From the NCBI GenBank assembly GCA_046290465.1, contig JBKAGP010000001.1, forward strand, positions 5,376,001 to 5,440,000: 64,000 nucleotides of DNA. The letters run 5' to 3'. The notes beneath the pieces were generated by a model. It made no database searches and was not told where the DNA came from. It saw nothing but the letters and a program-made list of their open reading frames with translations. The position numbers and the translations under genes were made by a program. The DNA comes from Planctomycetota bacterium. Its GTDB lineage: Bacteria > Planctomycetota > UBA1135 > UBA2386. Shown piece by piece: positions 1 through 10,464 of this stretch (the first letter of the stretch is position 1; the number at the start of each line of letters is the position of its first letter).

Positions 1-1404
1 CGGCCGCACGACCTTGCCGTGCACGTCCGTCAACCGGTAGCGCCGCCCCTGGAACCGGAACGTCAGCCGCTCGTGGTCGATGCCGAGCAGGTGCAGCAGC
101 GTCGCCTGGAAGTCGTGCGGGGTGACTTCGTTCTCGGCGACGTTGAAGCCGAACTCGTCGCTGCTGCCGTAGGTCGTGCCCGGGCGGATGCCACCACCCG
201 CCATCCAGATGGTGAACGCGTACGGGTGGTGGTCGCGGCCTTGCTTGCCCTCGAACGAGCCCTGCAGGAACGGCGTGCGGCCGAACTCGCCGCCCCAGAT
301 CACCAGCGTGTCGTCGAGCAGCCCTCGCTGCTGCAGGTCGAGCACCAGCGCGGCCGACGGCGCGTCGGTGTCGCGGCACTGGATCTCGAGCTGGGTGTAG
401 AGGTTGCGGTGCTGGTCCCAGCCGGCGTGCATCAGCTGCACGAACCGCGTGCCGCGCTCGACCAGGCGGCGCGCCATCAGGCAGTTGTAGGCGAACGATC
501 CCTTGCGGTGCACGTCGGGGCCGTACATGTCGAGCACGTGCTGCGGCTCGTCGGAGAAGTCGGTCAGCTCGGGCACCGAGGCCTGCATCTTGTAGGCCAT
601 CTCGTACTGCGCGATGCGCGTCGCGACCTCCGGGTCGCCGGTGCGCCGAAGGTGGCGGCCGTTGAGCTCGGCGAGGTCGTCGAGCACGCCGCGGCGCAGC
701 ATGCGGTCGGTGCCGGCCGGGTCCTCGAGGTAGAGCACTGGATCGCCCGAGCCGCGGAACTTCACGCCCTGGTGCACCGACGGCAGGAAGCCGCTGCCCC
801 AGTAGTAGTCGTAGAACATCTGGCCGCACGACGCCTCCTGGTCGCGCGACGTCATCGCGACGAACGTCGGCAGGTCGTCGCAGCTCTTGCCGAGCCCGTA
901 CGACAGCCAGGCACCCATGCTCGGCCGACCCGGCCGTTCGCTGCCCGTCAGGAAGAACGTGATCGCGGGCGCGTGGTTGACCTGCGTGGTCTTCATCGAC
1001 TTGACGAAGCACAGCTGGTCGGCGATCGCGGCGGTGTACGGCAGCAGGTCGCTGACCGTCGCGCCGCTCTGGCCGTGCCGACGGATCGGCCGGATCGCCT
1101 GCAGGCACGGCCGCGCCTTCTGGCCGCCCGTCATCGTGCTGAAGCGGGCGCCACCGACGACGCTGTCGGGGATCTGCTTGCCGTGCATCCTCTGCAGCAT
1201 CGGCTTGTGGTCGAACAGGTCGACGTGCGACGGCGCACCGTTCTGCAGCAGGTAGATGACGCGCTTGGCGCGCGGCGCGAAGTGGCAGCCGTCGGGGTCG
1301 CTGCGCAGCAGCGAGCCGAGCGCGGTCGCGCCGAGGCCGACGGCGGTGTTGCCGAGCAGGGCGCGGCGCGTCCAGTGGCGCGAGGCATCGATCGCGGGGT
1401 TCAT
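1..1404 (-). CDS. DUF1501 domain-containing protein (runs off the window at its 3' end)
   Basis: Not in the ORF track; read manually as MNPAIDASRHWTRRALLG...HFAPRAKRVIYLLQNGAPSHVDLFDHKP...EFGRTP...GRDHHP. Tat-like TRR leader; ATG overlaps the upstream TGA (ATGA 1401-1404). Confidence 0.9.
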   Translation of the reverse strand, partial: MNPAIDASRHWTRRALLGNTAVGLGATALGSLLRSDPDGCHFAPRAKRVIYLLQNGAPSHVDLFDHKPMLQRMHGKQIPDSVVGGARFSTMTGGQKARPCLQAIRPIRRHGQSGATVSDLLPYTAAIADQLCFVKSMKTTQVNHAPAITFFLTGSERPGRPSMGAWLSYGLGKSCDDLPTFVAMTSRDQEASCGQMFYDYYWGSGFLPSVHQGVKFRGSGDPVLYLEDPAGTDRMLRRGVLDDLAELNGRHLRRTGDPEVATRIAQYEMAYKMQASVPELTDFSDEPQHVLDMYGPDVHRKGSFAYNCLMARRLVERGTRFVQLMHAGWDQHRNLYTQLEIQCRDTDAPSAALVLDLQQRGLLDDTLVIWGGEFGRTPFLQGSFEGKQGRDHHPYAFTIWMAGGGIRPGTTYGSSDEFGFNVAENEVTPHDFQATLLHLLGIDHERLTFRFQGRRYRLTDVHGKVVRP

Positions 1405-4349
1405 GGCAGGCACAGCACTTCGTCGAGGTTGAGCACGAGCGACGCGACGACCGTCATCGCGGCGAGGTCGTCACGGTCGAGGTCGGCGGCGGGCTGGGCG
1501 GTGCCGACGCCGAGGAAGGCATCGCGGTCGAGGCTGCCGTCGACGAAGCGCGCGCGGGTCGCGGCGAAGCGGCGCGTCAGCACGCGCAGTTCGTCCGCCT
1601 CCGCCGGCCGCGCGGTCGCCGCTCGGAACAGCCAGCCGATGCGCTGCTCGGCGCGGTCGCCGTGCTCGAGGGCGCGCGTCGCGAAGCCGCGCGCCGCCTC
1701 GACGAAGCCGGTCTCGTTGAGCGTGGTCAGCGCGTGCAGCGGCGTGTTGGTGATCGCGCGACGCACGACGCACTGCTGCCGCGCCGGCGTGTCGAACAGC
1801 ATCGTCGGGCCGACGATGCGCCGCCAGAACGTGTAGAGGCTGCGCCGCCGCAGTTCGTCGCCGCTGCCCTGCGTGTAGCGGATGAAGCCGAAGGTCGCCT
1901 CGGCCCAGATCCCGGCCGGCTGGTAGGGGCGCACCGGCGGTCCACCGAGCTGCGGCACCAGCTGGCCGCTCAGCGCGAGCGCCTGGTCCCGCAGCATCCA
2001 TGCCGGCATGCGCCGCCGCGGGAAGCGCGCCAGCGTGCGGTTGCCGGGGTCGGCCGCAAAGCGCTCGGCGGATGTCGCCGCGGATTGTCGGTAGGTCGCG
2101 CTCGTCACGATCAGGCGGTGCATCGCCTTGACGTCCCAGCCGCCGGCGACGAAGCGCTGGCCGAGCCATTCCAGCAGCTCCGGATGCGTCGGCCGTTCGC
2201 CCTGGCGGCCGAAGTTCTCGCTGGTCGTGACCAGCCCGCGGCCGAAGAACGTCTGCCAGGCGCGGTTCGCCGCGACGCGCGCGACCAGCGGGTTGTCACC
2301 GGAGACCAGCCAACGTGCCAGGGCCAGGCGGTCCGGTTCTTCCTTGCTGCCGAGCAGCGGCGGCAGGAACGACGGCGTGCCGGCCTGCACCACTTCGCCC
2401 GGCGTCTGGTAGTCGCCGCGCGCCAGCACGCGCGTGTCGCGCCGCTTGCCCTCGGGCAGCTGGTCCATCACCGAGACGGTGACGCTGCCGCGCAGGAGCG
2501 CGTCGTAGCGCTGCTGCAGCTGCTGCCGTTCGGCCTCGCGCTCGCGGAAGCCCGGCTGGTGGATGCGGCGGTAGTGGCGCTGCAGCGCCAGGGCCTGCTG
2601 CGCATCGCGGTCGGCACGCGGCACCTGCAGGGCGCGCACGACGTCGGCGGCAAGGTCGCCGACCATCTCCTCTGCGACGCGGAAGTAGGCGCCGCCGATG
2701 CCGCCGGTGTTGACGATCTTGAGCAGCAGCCGGTTCTCTCCGGCCTGGAGCTGCACCTCGACGCGCTCCTGGTCGGCCTTGGCGCCGCGGCGCACGTCCT
2801 TGGCCAGCACCAGCTCGCCGTTGCACCACAGCTTGATCGCGTCGTCCGAGCCGAGCGACAGGACCATGCGGCGTGCCGACGCTGCGGTGATCTGCCGCGT
2901 GAAGTAGGTCGTGAACGCGCCGGCCGGAAGGCGCAGGACCTTGCCGTCGACGAAGTCCGGTTCGGGCCGCCAGCCGGCGTCGGCGTCGCCGCGTTCCGGC
3001 GCGAACACCTTGGCGAACATCGCGTCGGTCTCGGCTTGGAACGGCTTGCTGCGGCGCCACGGCGACAGCTTCGCCGCCTGCAGCGAAGCTGCCTGCGCGC
3101 GCACGCGGGCCGAGGCTGCCCGGGCCCAGACCGCTTCGGCGCGATCGAGCGCCTCGTCGGGTCGCTGCAGTTCGGCGGTGAGCTGCGCAATCTGCGCCTC
3201 TACCTCAGCGGCCTCGGCGCGCTGGCCTGCGTCGGGCACGAACCGCATCGACGGCGCGAGCACGCCGCCGCTGCGTCCGCGCCCGGTCTCGGAGCTCTGG
3301 TCGAAGAACGAGTAGAAGCGGTAGTAGTCGCGCTGCGAGATCGGGTCGTACTTGTGGTCGTGGCAGCGCGCGCACTCGAACGTCATGCCGAGCCAGACCG
3401 TGCCGACCGTCTCGGTGCGGTCGAACACGTTCTCGACCCGGGTCTCCTCGGGGATCCGGCCGCCTTCGCCGTTGTGCGGGTTGTTGCGCAGCAAGCCGGT
3501 GGCAAGCCGCTGCTCGTCGGTCGGTGCGTCGAGCAGATCGCCGGCCAGCACCTCGGTCGTGAACCGGTCGAACGGCAGGTTGTCGTTCAGCGCGCGCACC
3601 AGCCAGTCGCGCCACGGCCACGCCGTGCGCGTCGGGTCGTTCTGGAAGCCGTCGGTATCGGCATAGCGCGCCGCCTCGAGCCACGGCCACGCCATGCGTT
3701 CGCCGTAGTGCGGCGACGCCAACAGCGCGTCGACCACCTCGAGGTAGCGCGCCTCGCTCGGATCGGCGACGAACGCGTCGACCTGTTCGGGCGTCGGCGG
3801 CAGCCCGGTCAGGTCGAGGTGCAGGCGGCGCAGCAGCGCGGCAGGTTCGGCGGCGGCGTTGGGTCGCGTACCGTTCGTCTCGAGCCGTGCGAGCACGAAG
3901 TGGTCGATGCCGTTGCGCGGCCACGACCGGTCGCGCACCTGCGGCACCGCCGTCGCCTCGCTCGGGGCGAACGCCCAGTGCACCGACCACTTCGCGCCCT
4001 GCTCGATCCAGCGGCGCAGCAGCGCGACCTCGTCGGCCGTCACCTTCAGGTTGGTGTGCCGCGGCGGCATCACGTCGTCGTCGGCGGCCGTCAGCCGCGC
4101 GATCAGCTCGCTCTCGTCCGGCTTGCCCGCCGTGACGACCGCGTAGCCGTCGCGCGCGCGCAGCACGTCGAGGCGGTCGTCGAGCCGCAGGTCACCCTTG
4201 CGCGCGTTCGCGTCCGGTCCGTGGCACTGGAAGCACCGGTCCGACAGGATCGGCAGCACGTCGCGGGCGAAATCGACGTCCTGGCCGGGCACGGCCGTCG
4301 CGCCGAGTGCGGCGGCGAGCGTGGCGAGCAACCGGCGGCGGATCGGCAT
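1401..4349 (-). CDS. PSD1/DUF1553-DUF1549 planctomycete cytochrome c domain protein
   Basis: VDFARDVLPILSDRCFQCHGPD, HWAF, LLRRLHLDLTGLPPT, CARCHDHKYDP, PTHPELLEWL, TNTPLHALTTLN; classic pairing with DUF1501. Confidence 0.93.
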   Translation of the reverse strand: MPIRRRLLATLAAALGATAVPGQDVDFARDVLPILSDRCFQCHGPDANARKGDLRLDDRLDVLRARDGYAVVTAGKPDESELIARLTAADDDVMPPRHTNLKVTADEVALLRRWIEQGAKWSVHWAFAPSEATAVPQVRDRSWPRNGIDHFVLARLETNGTRPNAAAEPAALLRRLHLDLTGLPPTPEQVDAFVADPSEARYLEVVDALLASPHYGERMAWPWLEAARYADTDGFQNDPTRTAWPWRDWLVRALNDNLPFDRFTTEVLAGDLLDAPTDEQRLATGLLRNNPHNGEGGRIPEETRVENVFDRTETVGTVWLGMTFECARCHDHKYDPISQRDYYRFYSFFDQSSETGRGRSGGVLAPSMRFVPDAGQRAEAAEVEAQIAQLTAELQRPDEALDRAEAVWARAASARVRAQAASLQAAKLSPWRRSKPFQAETDAMFAKVFAPERGDADAGWRPEPDFVDGKVLRLPAGAFTTYFTRQITAASARRMVLSLGSDDAIKLWCNGELVLAKDVRRGAKADQERVEVQLQAGENRLLLKIVNTGGIGGAYFRVAEEMVGDLAADVVRALQVPRADRDAQQALALQRHYRRIHQPGFREREAERQQLQQRYDALLRGSVTVSVMDQLPEGKRRDTRVLARGDYQTPGEVVQAGTPSFLPPLLGSKEEPDRLALARWLVSGDNPLVARVAANRAWQTFFGRGLVTTSENFGRQGERPTHPELLEWLGQRFVAGGWDVKAMHRLIVTSATYRQSAATSAERFAADPGNRTLARFPRRRMPAWMLRDQALALSGQLVPQLGGPPVRPYQPAGIWAEATFGFIRYTQGSGDELRRRSLYTFWRRIVGPTMLFDTPARQQCVVRRAITNTPLHALTTLNETGFVEAARGFATRALEHGDRAEQRIGWLFRAATARPAEADELRVLTRRFAATRARFVDGSLDRDAFLGVGTAQPAADLDRDDLAAMTVVASLVLNLDEVLCLP

Positions 4350-4453
4350 GCGCGCACCATAGCGCGGCGGGTCGTCGGCGGCGCGCCGTTGCGGTCGGTT
4401 TCGACTGGGCCGTGCGGGCCGCCGAGTTCGCTGCCGCTGGTGTTGGCGGCGCG

Positions 4454-4987
4454 CTACTTCTTCGTCTCGACGTCGAACCGTTCGGCGAGCGCCACGATCT
4501 GCCGGTACTTCTCGTCCGAGGCCTGGATCAGCAGCGAGTTGCTGCCTTCGTGGCTGGTGACGACGACGCGCTCGGCGCCGCTCGCAGCGGCGTCCTGGGC
4601 GAGGAACTGGTTGAGCGTCGTCGCCATGTCCTTCGCCCGAACGTGCTTCAGGTAGACGACCGAGAAGGCGGGCTGGCGCGGGCCGTCGTTGGCGACGTCG
4701 AGGCGCGCGATCAGCTCGAGCATCTTGTCGATACCGGACGCGGAGCCGTTGAGGACAATCGAGTTGCTGCTGGCGTCGGGGACCACGCGCAGGCGCGGGC
4801 CGCCGCTGGCGTCGTCGCCGGACTCGACCGCCGCGAACGCCTGCAGCGTCGTCGCGAGTTCGGCGGCCTGCACGTGTTCGAGGCGCACGACCTGGATCAG
4901 GTCGGCATCGCGGGCGGCAGGCGGGGCGGTGTTGCAGGCCGACAGGAGCAACGCCGAGAACATCAGACCGGACAGGTAGCTGCGCAT
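4454..4987 (-). CDS. Lipoprotein with two secretin N-terminal (NolW-like) domains and no secretin barrel
   Basis: Lipobox LLSAC; two repeats VVRLEHVQAAELATTL...PDASSNSIVLNG and VVYLKHVRAKDMATTL...GSNSLLIQAS. Confidence 0.75.
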   Translation of the reverse strand: MRSYLSGLMFSALLLSACNTAPPAARDADLIQVVRLEHVQAAELATTLQAFAAVESGDDASGGPRLRVVPDASSNSIVLNGSASGIDKMLELIARLDVANDGPRQPAFSVVYLKHVRAKDMATTLNQFLAQDAAASGAERVVVTSHEGSNSLLIQASDEKYRQIVALAERFDVETKK

Positions 4988-5031
4988 TGGGGGCACGGGC
5001 GGGGTGGGATGGGGGATGGCCCCTGGGACGG

Positions 5032-6210
5032 TCAACGCCGGTTCAGCTTCCATTCGACCTGCACTTCTTCGCCCTCGACGACGTCGACGAACTCGCTCGG
5101 CTCGTTGTAGCCGTTGGCCGCGCGCAGGTAGATGCGGTTGCGGCCGGCGGGCGCGCGGATCCGGAACGTGCCGTCCGCCTGCACCGGCGTGCACTGGCAC
5201 GAGCCGCCGTCGCCGCGGGCCGGCCCGTACATCGCGACGTCGGTCTGCGGACCCGGCGTGATCGGCTTGCCGGTGGTGGCGTCGGTGATGCGGCCGACGA
5301 TGAAGCCGCCGCGCACCAGCTGCACGACGCCGCAGTCGCTGGTCTCGCCGGGCCGCACGTCGATGCCGAGCGCGGCGACGACGGTCCGTTCGGGCACCTC
5401 CGCCCACACCTTGTACTCGCCGCGTTCGAGGCTGGTCAGCGTGAACCGCCCCTGGTCGTCGGTGCGCGTGTGGCCGCGGCCGGCGCCGCGGCTGGTGGTC
5501 TCGACCTGCACGCGCGCCGCCGGGGTTCCGTCGGGGTTCAGCACGCGGCCCGTGATGCGGCCGCCGGGCTGCAGCGCGAAGCGGTGGTGGTCGACGGCGT
5601 CGCCGAGGTCGACCCAGGTGCGGGCGTGGTCGCGGCCGCCGGCCAGCGCCTTGACCGGGATGCCCTCGGGCATGCCGCGCAGCACGAAGCGGCCGCGTTC
5701 GTCGGTCTCGGCGCGCCACGGCAGCAGCGGCTCGGTCACCCAGACCTGCGGTCGCTGCTCGAAGATCGTCGGCCAGATCCAGCCGTGCTGCACCGGCTTG
5801 CCGGTCCTGGCGTCGGTCAGCACGCCGCGCACGTCGACCTTGCGCTTCATCGCGATGTGCAGGTTGCCCGGGTCCATCCGCACGCCGCGCACCGCGGTCA
5901 ACCCGACGCGGGTCCGCGAACGGGCGACGACGACCACCTTGCTGCTGCCCCAGCCGTTGGGGGCGAACCACGGCAGGTCGGCGAACTCGAACGTGCCGTC
6001 GCGTTCGGTGAAGCCCTCGGCCATCATCTTCATCGACACGCGCCTTCCGTCGTCGTGCCAGACCGTGACCCGCACGCGCTCGCCGCGGTGGGCGCCGACC
6101 GCGCCGCCGAGGTCGCACGTCGGCCGTTTCTCCTGCGCCGTCATGGTGGCCGCTGTGGCGGCCAGCAGCGCGAGTGCACGCCACAAGAACGCGATCGATT
6201 CCTTGCCCAT
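5032..6210 (-). CDS. Secreted carboxypeptidase-regulatory-like (beta-sandwich repeat) protein
   Basis: Signal peptide, repeats such as ITGRVLNPDGTPAA, TDDQGRFTL, GRITDATTGKP. Confidence 0.75.
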   Translation of the reverse strand: MGKESIAFLWRALALLAATAATMTAQEKRPTCDLGGAVGAHRGERVRVTVWHDDGRRVSMKMMAEGFTERDGTFEFADLPWFAPNGWGSSKVVVVARSRTRVGLTAVRGVRMDPGNLHIAMKRKVDVRGVLTDARTGKPVQHGWIWPTIFEQRPQVWVTEPLLPWRAETDERGRFVLRGMPEGIPVKALAGGRDHARTWVDLGDAVDHHRFALQPGGRITGRVLNPDGTPAARVQVETTSRGAGRGHTRTDDQGRFTLTSLERGEYKVWAEVPERTVVAALGIDVRPGETSDCGVVQLVRGGFIVGRITDATTGKPITPGPQTDVAMYGPARGDGGSCQCTPVQADGTFRIRAPAGRNRIYLRAANGYNEPSEFVDVVEGEEVQVEWKLNRR

Positions 6211-6263
6211 GGCGCGCAGTGTAGTCGAATCGTGACGCCCCCGTTTGCCCACTCGCACCTGAC

Positions 6264-8105
6264 GTGACCTTGGAAGACCGCAACCGCCTGCTGCACGAAA
6301 CGCTCGAACGCTGGTTCGGGTTCTCCTCCCTGCGCCCGCTGCAGAAGGAGGCGATCGACGCGGCGCTCGACGGCCGCGACGCACTGGTGGTGCTGCCGAC
6401 GGGCGGCGGCAAGTCGCTGTGCTACCAGCTGCCGCCGCTGGTGCTGGACCGGCTGACGGTGGTGGTGTCGCCGCTGATCGCGCTGATGCAGGACCAGGTC
6501 GACGGCCTGCGGCTCAACGGCGTGCCGGCCGCCGCCGCGCACAGCAACCTCGACGCCGAGGGCCGCCGCGAGCTGCGCGAACTGTCCGAGTCCGGCGAGC
6601 TGCGGCTGCTGTTCGTCGCGCCGGAGCGGCTGTTCCGCGAGGACTTCCTCGAGTGGCTCGGCGGCCGCGACATCGCCGCGATCGCGATCGACGAAGCGCA
6701 CTGCATCAGCCAGTGGGGGCACGACTTCCGCCCCGAGTACCGCCGCCTCGCCGAGCTGCGCGAACGGTTCGAGGGCGTGCCGGTGCACGCCTGTACGGCG
6801 ACCGCGACGCCGCGCGTTCGCGAGGACATCCAGCGGCAGCTGGCGCTGCGCGACCCGGTCGAGCTGGTCGGCACGTTCGATCGTCCGGAGCTGACCTACC
6901 GCGTGCTGCCGCGCCAGGGGCTGATCGACCAGGTGGTCGAGGCGATTGGCCGCCACCGCGACGCGGCGACGATCGTCTACTGCATCTCGCGCAAGGACAC
7001 CGAGACGCTCAGCACGCAGCTGCGTTCGCGCGGCATCGAGGCCCAGGCCTACCACGCCGGGTTGTCGGCCGATGCGCGCACGCGGCTGAGTTCGGACTTC
7101 CGCGCCGAGAAGCTGCACGTGGTCTGCGCGACCGTCGCGTTCGGCATGGGCATCGACCGCAGCGACGTGCGGCTGGTCGTGCACGCCGCGATGCCCAAGA
7201 GCATCGAGCACTACCAGCAGGAGACCGGCCGCGCCGGCCGCGACGGGCTGCCGTCGGAGTGCCTGCTGCTCTACTCGGGCGCCGACGCGGCCAAGTGGCG
7301 CATGATCGTCGAGCGCGGCGGCGCCGAGCACGGCGACCAGGAGTCGATGCAGGCGCAGCTGCAGCTACTCAATCAGATGCAGCGGTTCGCCGGGCGCGCG
7401 CGCTGCCGCCACCGCACGCTCAGCGAGTACTTCGGCCAGGACTACGGCGAGTCTAGCTGCGGCGCCTGTGACGTCTGCCTCGACGAACTCGACCTGGTGC
7501 CGGACAGCATGGTGACCGCGCAGAAGATCCTGTCGGCGGTGGCGCGCACCGGCCAGCGCTACGGCGCCAGCTACATCATCGACGTGCTGCGCGGCAGCAA
7601 GAACGAACGGGTGCGCACGCGCGGCCACGACCAGATCCCGACGTTCGGCCTGCTCAAGGACCTGCCGCCGATGCGGCTCGGCAACTACATCGACCAGCTG
7701 ATCGACGACGGTTCGCTGGTGCGCACCGAAGGCGAGTATCCGGTGCTGGTGCTCAACGAGCTGTCGGCCGAGGTGCTGCGCGGCAACCGCGAGGTCGAAC
7801 TGCGCTCCCCCAAGGGCGGCCTCGACCAGCCGGCGCGACGTCGCCGCCGCGGCGGCAGCGCCGACGAGGGCCGCGCGCTGACCGCTCCGGAGCAGGAGCT
7901 GTTCGACAAGCTGCGCGGCCTGCGTCGCGAGATCGCCAGCAGCCTCGGGGTGCCGCCGTACGTGGTGTTCTCCGACGTCACGCTCGAGGAGTTCGCGCGC
8001 GAACGGCCACAGTCGCGCGCGGCGATGCTCGACTGCAAGGGCGTCGGCCCGAAGAAGTTCGACTCGTTCGGAGAACGCTTCCTGGAGGCGCTCGCCGAAG
8101 CCTGA
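6264..8105 (+). CDS. recQ: ATP-dependent DNA helicase RecQ
   Basis: PTGGGKSLCYQLP, DEAHCISQWGHDFRPEY, ATVAFGMGID, QETGRAGRDG, RQC zinc motif, C-terminal HRDC (VPPYVVFSD). Confidence 0.96.
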   Translation: MTLEDRNRLLHETLERWFGFSSLRPLQKEAIDAALDGRDALVVLPTGGGKSLCYQLPPLVLDRLTVVVSPLIALMQDQVDGLRLNGVPAAAAHSNLDAEGRRELRELSESGELRLLFVAPERLFREDFLEWLGGRDIAAIAIDEAHCISQWGHDFRPEYRRLAELRERFEGVPVHACTATATPRVREDIQRQLALRDPVELVGTFDRPELTYRVLPRQGLIDQVVEAIGRHRDAATIVYCISRKDTETLSTQLRSRGIEAQAYHAGLSADARTRLSSDFRAEKLHVVCATVAFGMGIDRSDVRLVVHAAMPKSIEHYQQETGRAGRDGLPSECLLLYSGADAAKWRMIVERGGAEHGDQESMQAQLQLLNQMQRFAGRARCRHRTLSEYFGQDYGESSCGACDVCLDELDLVPDSMVTAQKILSAVARTGQRYGASYIIDVLRGSKNERVRTRGHDQIPTFGLLKDLPPMRLGNYIDQLIDDGSLVRTEGEYPVLVLNELSAEVLRGNREVELRSPKGGLDQPARRRRRGGSADEGRALTAPEQELFDKLRGLRREIASSLGVPPYVVFSDVTLEEFARERPQSRAAMLDCKGVGPKKFDSFGERFLEALAEA

Positions 8106-8120
8106 ACGGCTCCGGTCGGG

Positions 8121-9704
8121 TCAGCGCGGCAGTTCGTCCGGGGCGAGCAGGTGCGCCCGGATCTCGCCGTAGCCGCCGGCCTCGTAGAGGCAGATCACGC
8201 CGCCCTGCCGCGTCGGCTGCAGGCACGAGTAGGCCGACGGTCCGGGGTCGAGCAGCGACGAGACCGGCCAGGTCCGGCCGTCGTCGAACGAGAGCCGCAG
8301 CGTCATGCGCTGCCGGCCGGTGCGGCTGGCCGGGTTGCTGAACATCAGCACACCGTCCGCGAGCCGGCGGATGCTCGCCTGGCAGATCGGCTCGACCAGT
8401 TCGGGGACGTGGCGCTGGTCGGTCCACGTCCGCCCGCCGTCGCGGCTGATCGCCTGCTGGCGGGTGCGCTGCGAACGGTCGTAGTTGCGCATGTTGAGCA
8501 GCAGGTGGCCGTCCGACCGTTCGACCACCTCGCATTCGTTGACCTGGTCGTCGGGCGACCTGCCGCCGAGCTGCCAGGTCGCGCCGCGATCGTCGCTGTA
8601 GATCACGTGCGAGTAGTAGCGCTTGCTCTGCTGCTCGATGTGGTCGCACGGGATCACCAGCCGGCCGCGGTGCTCGCCGACGCGCAGTTCGATGCCGGCG
8701 CCGGGACCGGTCGCGTACCAGGTCCAGTCGTCGCGTTTGGTGGTCCGGGTGATCTCACGCGGCGCGCTCCAGGTCGCGCCGTGATCGTCGCTGCGCAGCA
8801 GCCAGACGGTTCGGCTGCCCTTCGAGGTCCCTGCGATGATGCGCGACTCGTGGTCGGTCCCGAGGTTGTGCGTCGCCAGCAGCAGGACCTCCCCGGTCTT
8901 CGACACGACCACCGGGCACGGGTTGCCGCAGGTATTCGCGCCGTCGTCCCAGACGACCTGCTGCTTGGACCAGGAAAGACCGCCGTCGCGGGATCGCTTC
9001 ATGACCAGGTCGATGTCGCCGGTGTCGCTGCGGCTCGCGTGCCGCGCCTCGGCGAACGCGAGCAGGTCGCCGTTGCCGGCGACGACCAGCGCCGGGATGC
9101 GGTAGGTGTCGATGCCGGCTTCGCCGGCGCGCCAGACCGGGTAGCCACGTCCGACCGGCTCCGGGACGGGCGCGCCGCCGGTGACGACGAACCGCCGCAC
9201 CTCCATCGTGTCGCGGTGCGGCCGCAACCGGACCGCGCCGAGGTCGCCGCCGTCCTCGGGCACGACCAGGTCGCGTTCGCCGTTCCAGTCGATCGTCAGC
9301 GCGCGGTCCTTGCGCGTCACCGTGAGCCGGAACGTCGCGCCCGCCTTCGGTGCTGCGACGTCGAGGAAGCGCGTCCTGCCGCCGAACAGCGGCCCTTCGA
9401 GGAACGGCTTGCCGCTGCGGCCGCAGAAGCCGACGTGGCTGTCGCCGATCACCAGCGAGGCCGCGGTGGTGGTCCCATCGCGCAGCTTCAGTTCGACGTC
9501 GATGCGCGCTCGTGCCCCGGCCAGGGTGAAGCCGCTGCCGAGCGGCTCGGCGTGCGGCGCGCCGACCAGCACGTCGCCCTGCCGCTGCCAGCCGCGCGGC
9601 AGCCGGGTCGGCAGCGCCTGCTGCGCAACCACCGCCACGGTGACGCAGAGGGCCAGCGACAGGCGGGCGAGCGGGGCGAGGATCGGCGCGGTTTGGATCA
9701 GCAT
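8121..9704 (-). CDS. Exo-alpha-sialidase (GH33) with extra N-terminal domain
   Basis: YRIP motif, Asp-boxes [50 protein letters not shown]. Confidence 0.9.
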   Translation of the reverse strand: MLIQTAPILAPLARLSLALCVTVAVVAQQALPTRLPRGWQRQGDVLVGAPHAEPLGSGFTLAGARARIDVELKLRDGTTTAASLVIGDSHVGFCGRSGKPFLEGPLFGGRTRFLDVAAPKAGATFRLTVTRKDRALTIDWNGERDLVVPEDGGDLGAVRLRPHRDTMEVRRFVVTGGAPVPEPVGRGYPVWRAGEAGIDTYRIPALVVAGNGDLLAFAEARHASRSDTGDIDLVMKRSRDGGLSWSKQQVVWDDGANTCGNPCPVVVSKTGEVLLLATHNLGTDHESRIIAGTSKGSRTVWLLRSDDHGATWSAPREITRTTKRDDWTWYATGPGAGIELRVGEHRGRLVIPCDHIEQQSKRYYSHVIYSDDRGATWQLGGRSPDDQVNECEVVERSDGHLLLNMRNYDRSQRTRQQAISRDGGRTWTDQRHVPELVEPICQASIRRLADGVLMFSNPASRTGRQRMTLRLSFDDGRTWPVSSLLDPGPSAYSCLQPTRQGGVICLYEAGGYGEIRAHLLAPDELPR

Positions 9705-10408
9705 GTGCCCGCCACGATACGCTGCATCATGCCCGGCACGACCTCGGCGGCGCGCCCGGCGACGAACGTGTCCTCGCGCTCGGCGTTGGCCGGCACCTCG
9801 AGGGCCTGCACCCAGGTCCGGGCGCCGCGGCTGCGCGCCGCGTGCAGCATGCCGGCCGCCGGCCACACCTGGCCGCTGGTGCCGATCGCGACGAACTCCG
9901 TGCAGTCCGCGAGCGCCCGTTCGATGGTGTCGAGGTGGAACGGCACCTCGCCGAACCAGACGATGTCGGGCCGCAGCCGCGGGTGGCCGCACGACGGACA
10001 CGGCAAGAACTCCGGCGCGGTGCGTTCGAGGTCCCGCACCGCGTGGCTGCAGCTCTCGCAGCGCAGCCGCGCCAGTTCGCCGTGCATGTGCAAAGCCTCG
10101 CTGCCGGCGCGTTCGTGCAGGTCGTCGACGTTCTGGGTGACCAGCGTCAAGCGGTCGCCCCGCGCCGCCATCGCGCGCGCGGCGTCGGCGAGCGCGTGGT
10201 GCGCCGGGTTGGGTTCGACCTCGGCCAGCTGCGCACGCCGCGCCTGGTAGAAGCGCCAGACCAGCTGCGGGTCGCGCTGCCAGGCTTCCGGTGTGGCGAC
10301 GTCCTCGGGGCGGTGGCCCTCCCACAGGCCGCCGGCATCGCGAAACGTGCGCACGCCCGAGTCCGCCGAGATGCCGGCGCCGGTCATGACGACGAGGTGT
10401 CGGGTCAT
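9698..10408 (-). CDS. cobB: NAD-dependent protein deacylase (sirtuin)
   Basis: [30 protein letters not shown], two Cxx[14 protein letters not shown]. Confidence 0.93.
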   Translation of the reverse strand: MTRHLVVMTGAGISADSGVRTFRDAGGLWEGHRPEDVATPEAWQRDPQLVWRFYQARRAQLAEVEPNPAHHALADAARAMAARGDRLTLVTQNVDDLHERAGSEALHMHGELARLRCESCSHAVRDLERTAPEFLPCPSCGHPRLRPDIVWFGEVPFHLDTIERALADCTEFVAIGTSGQVWPAAGMLHAARSRGARTWVQALEVPANAEREDTFVAGRAAEVVPGMMQRIVAGTC

Positions 10409-10464
10409 GGGCGCTGTTGTAGCGGAGCGCGACGCTGGTTGCGCGGGCCCCGCCAGCGTGTCCG

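Noticed and set aside
19..4655. Long plus-strand ORFs (605 aa, 997 aa) and similar giants elsewhere, e.g. 45523-49134 and 37858-41157
   Set aside because: Antisense or off-frame shadows of well-supported genes; high GC suppresses stop codons and the translations are Arg/Ala-rich with no motifs.
8121..10408. Sirtuin as an anti-phage (Sir2/Thoeris-like) system
   Set aside because: It is a standard single-domain CobB with zinc-binding motifs and has no defence partners nearby.
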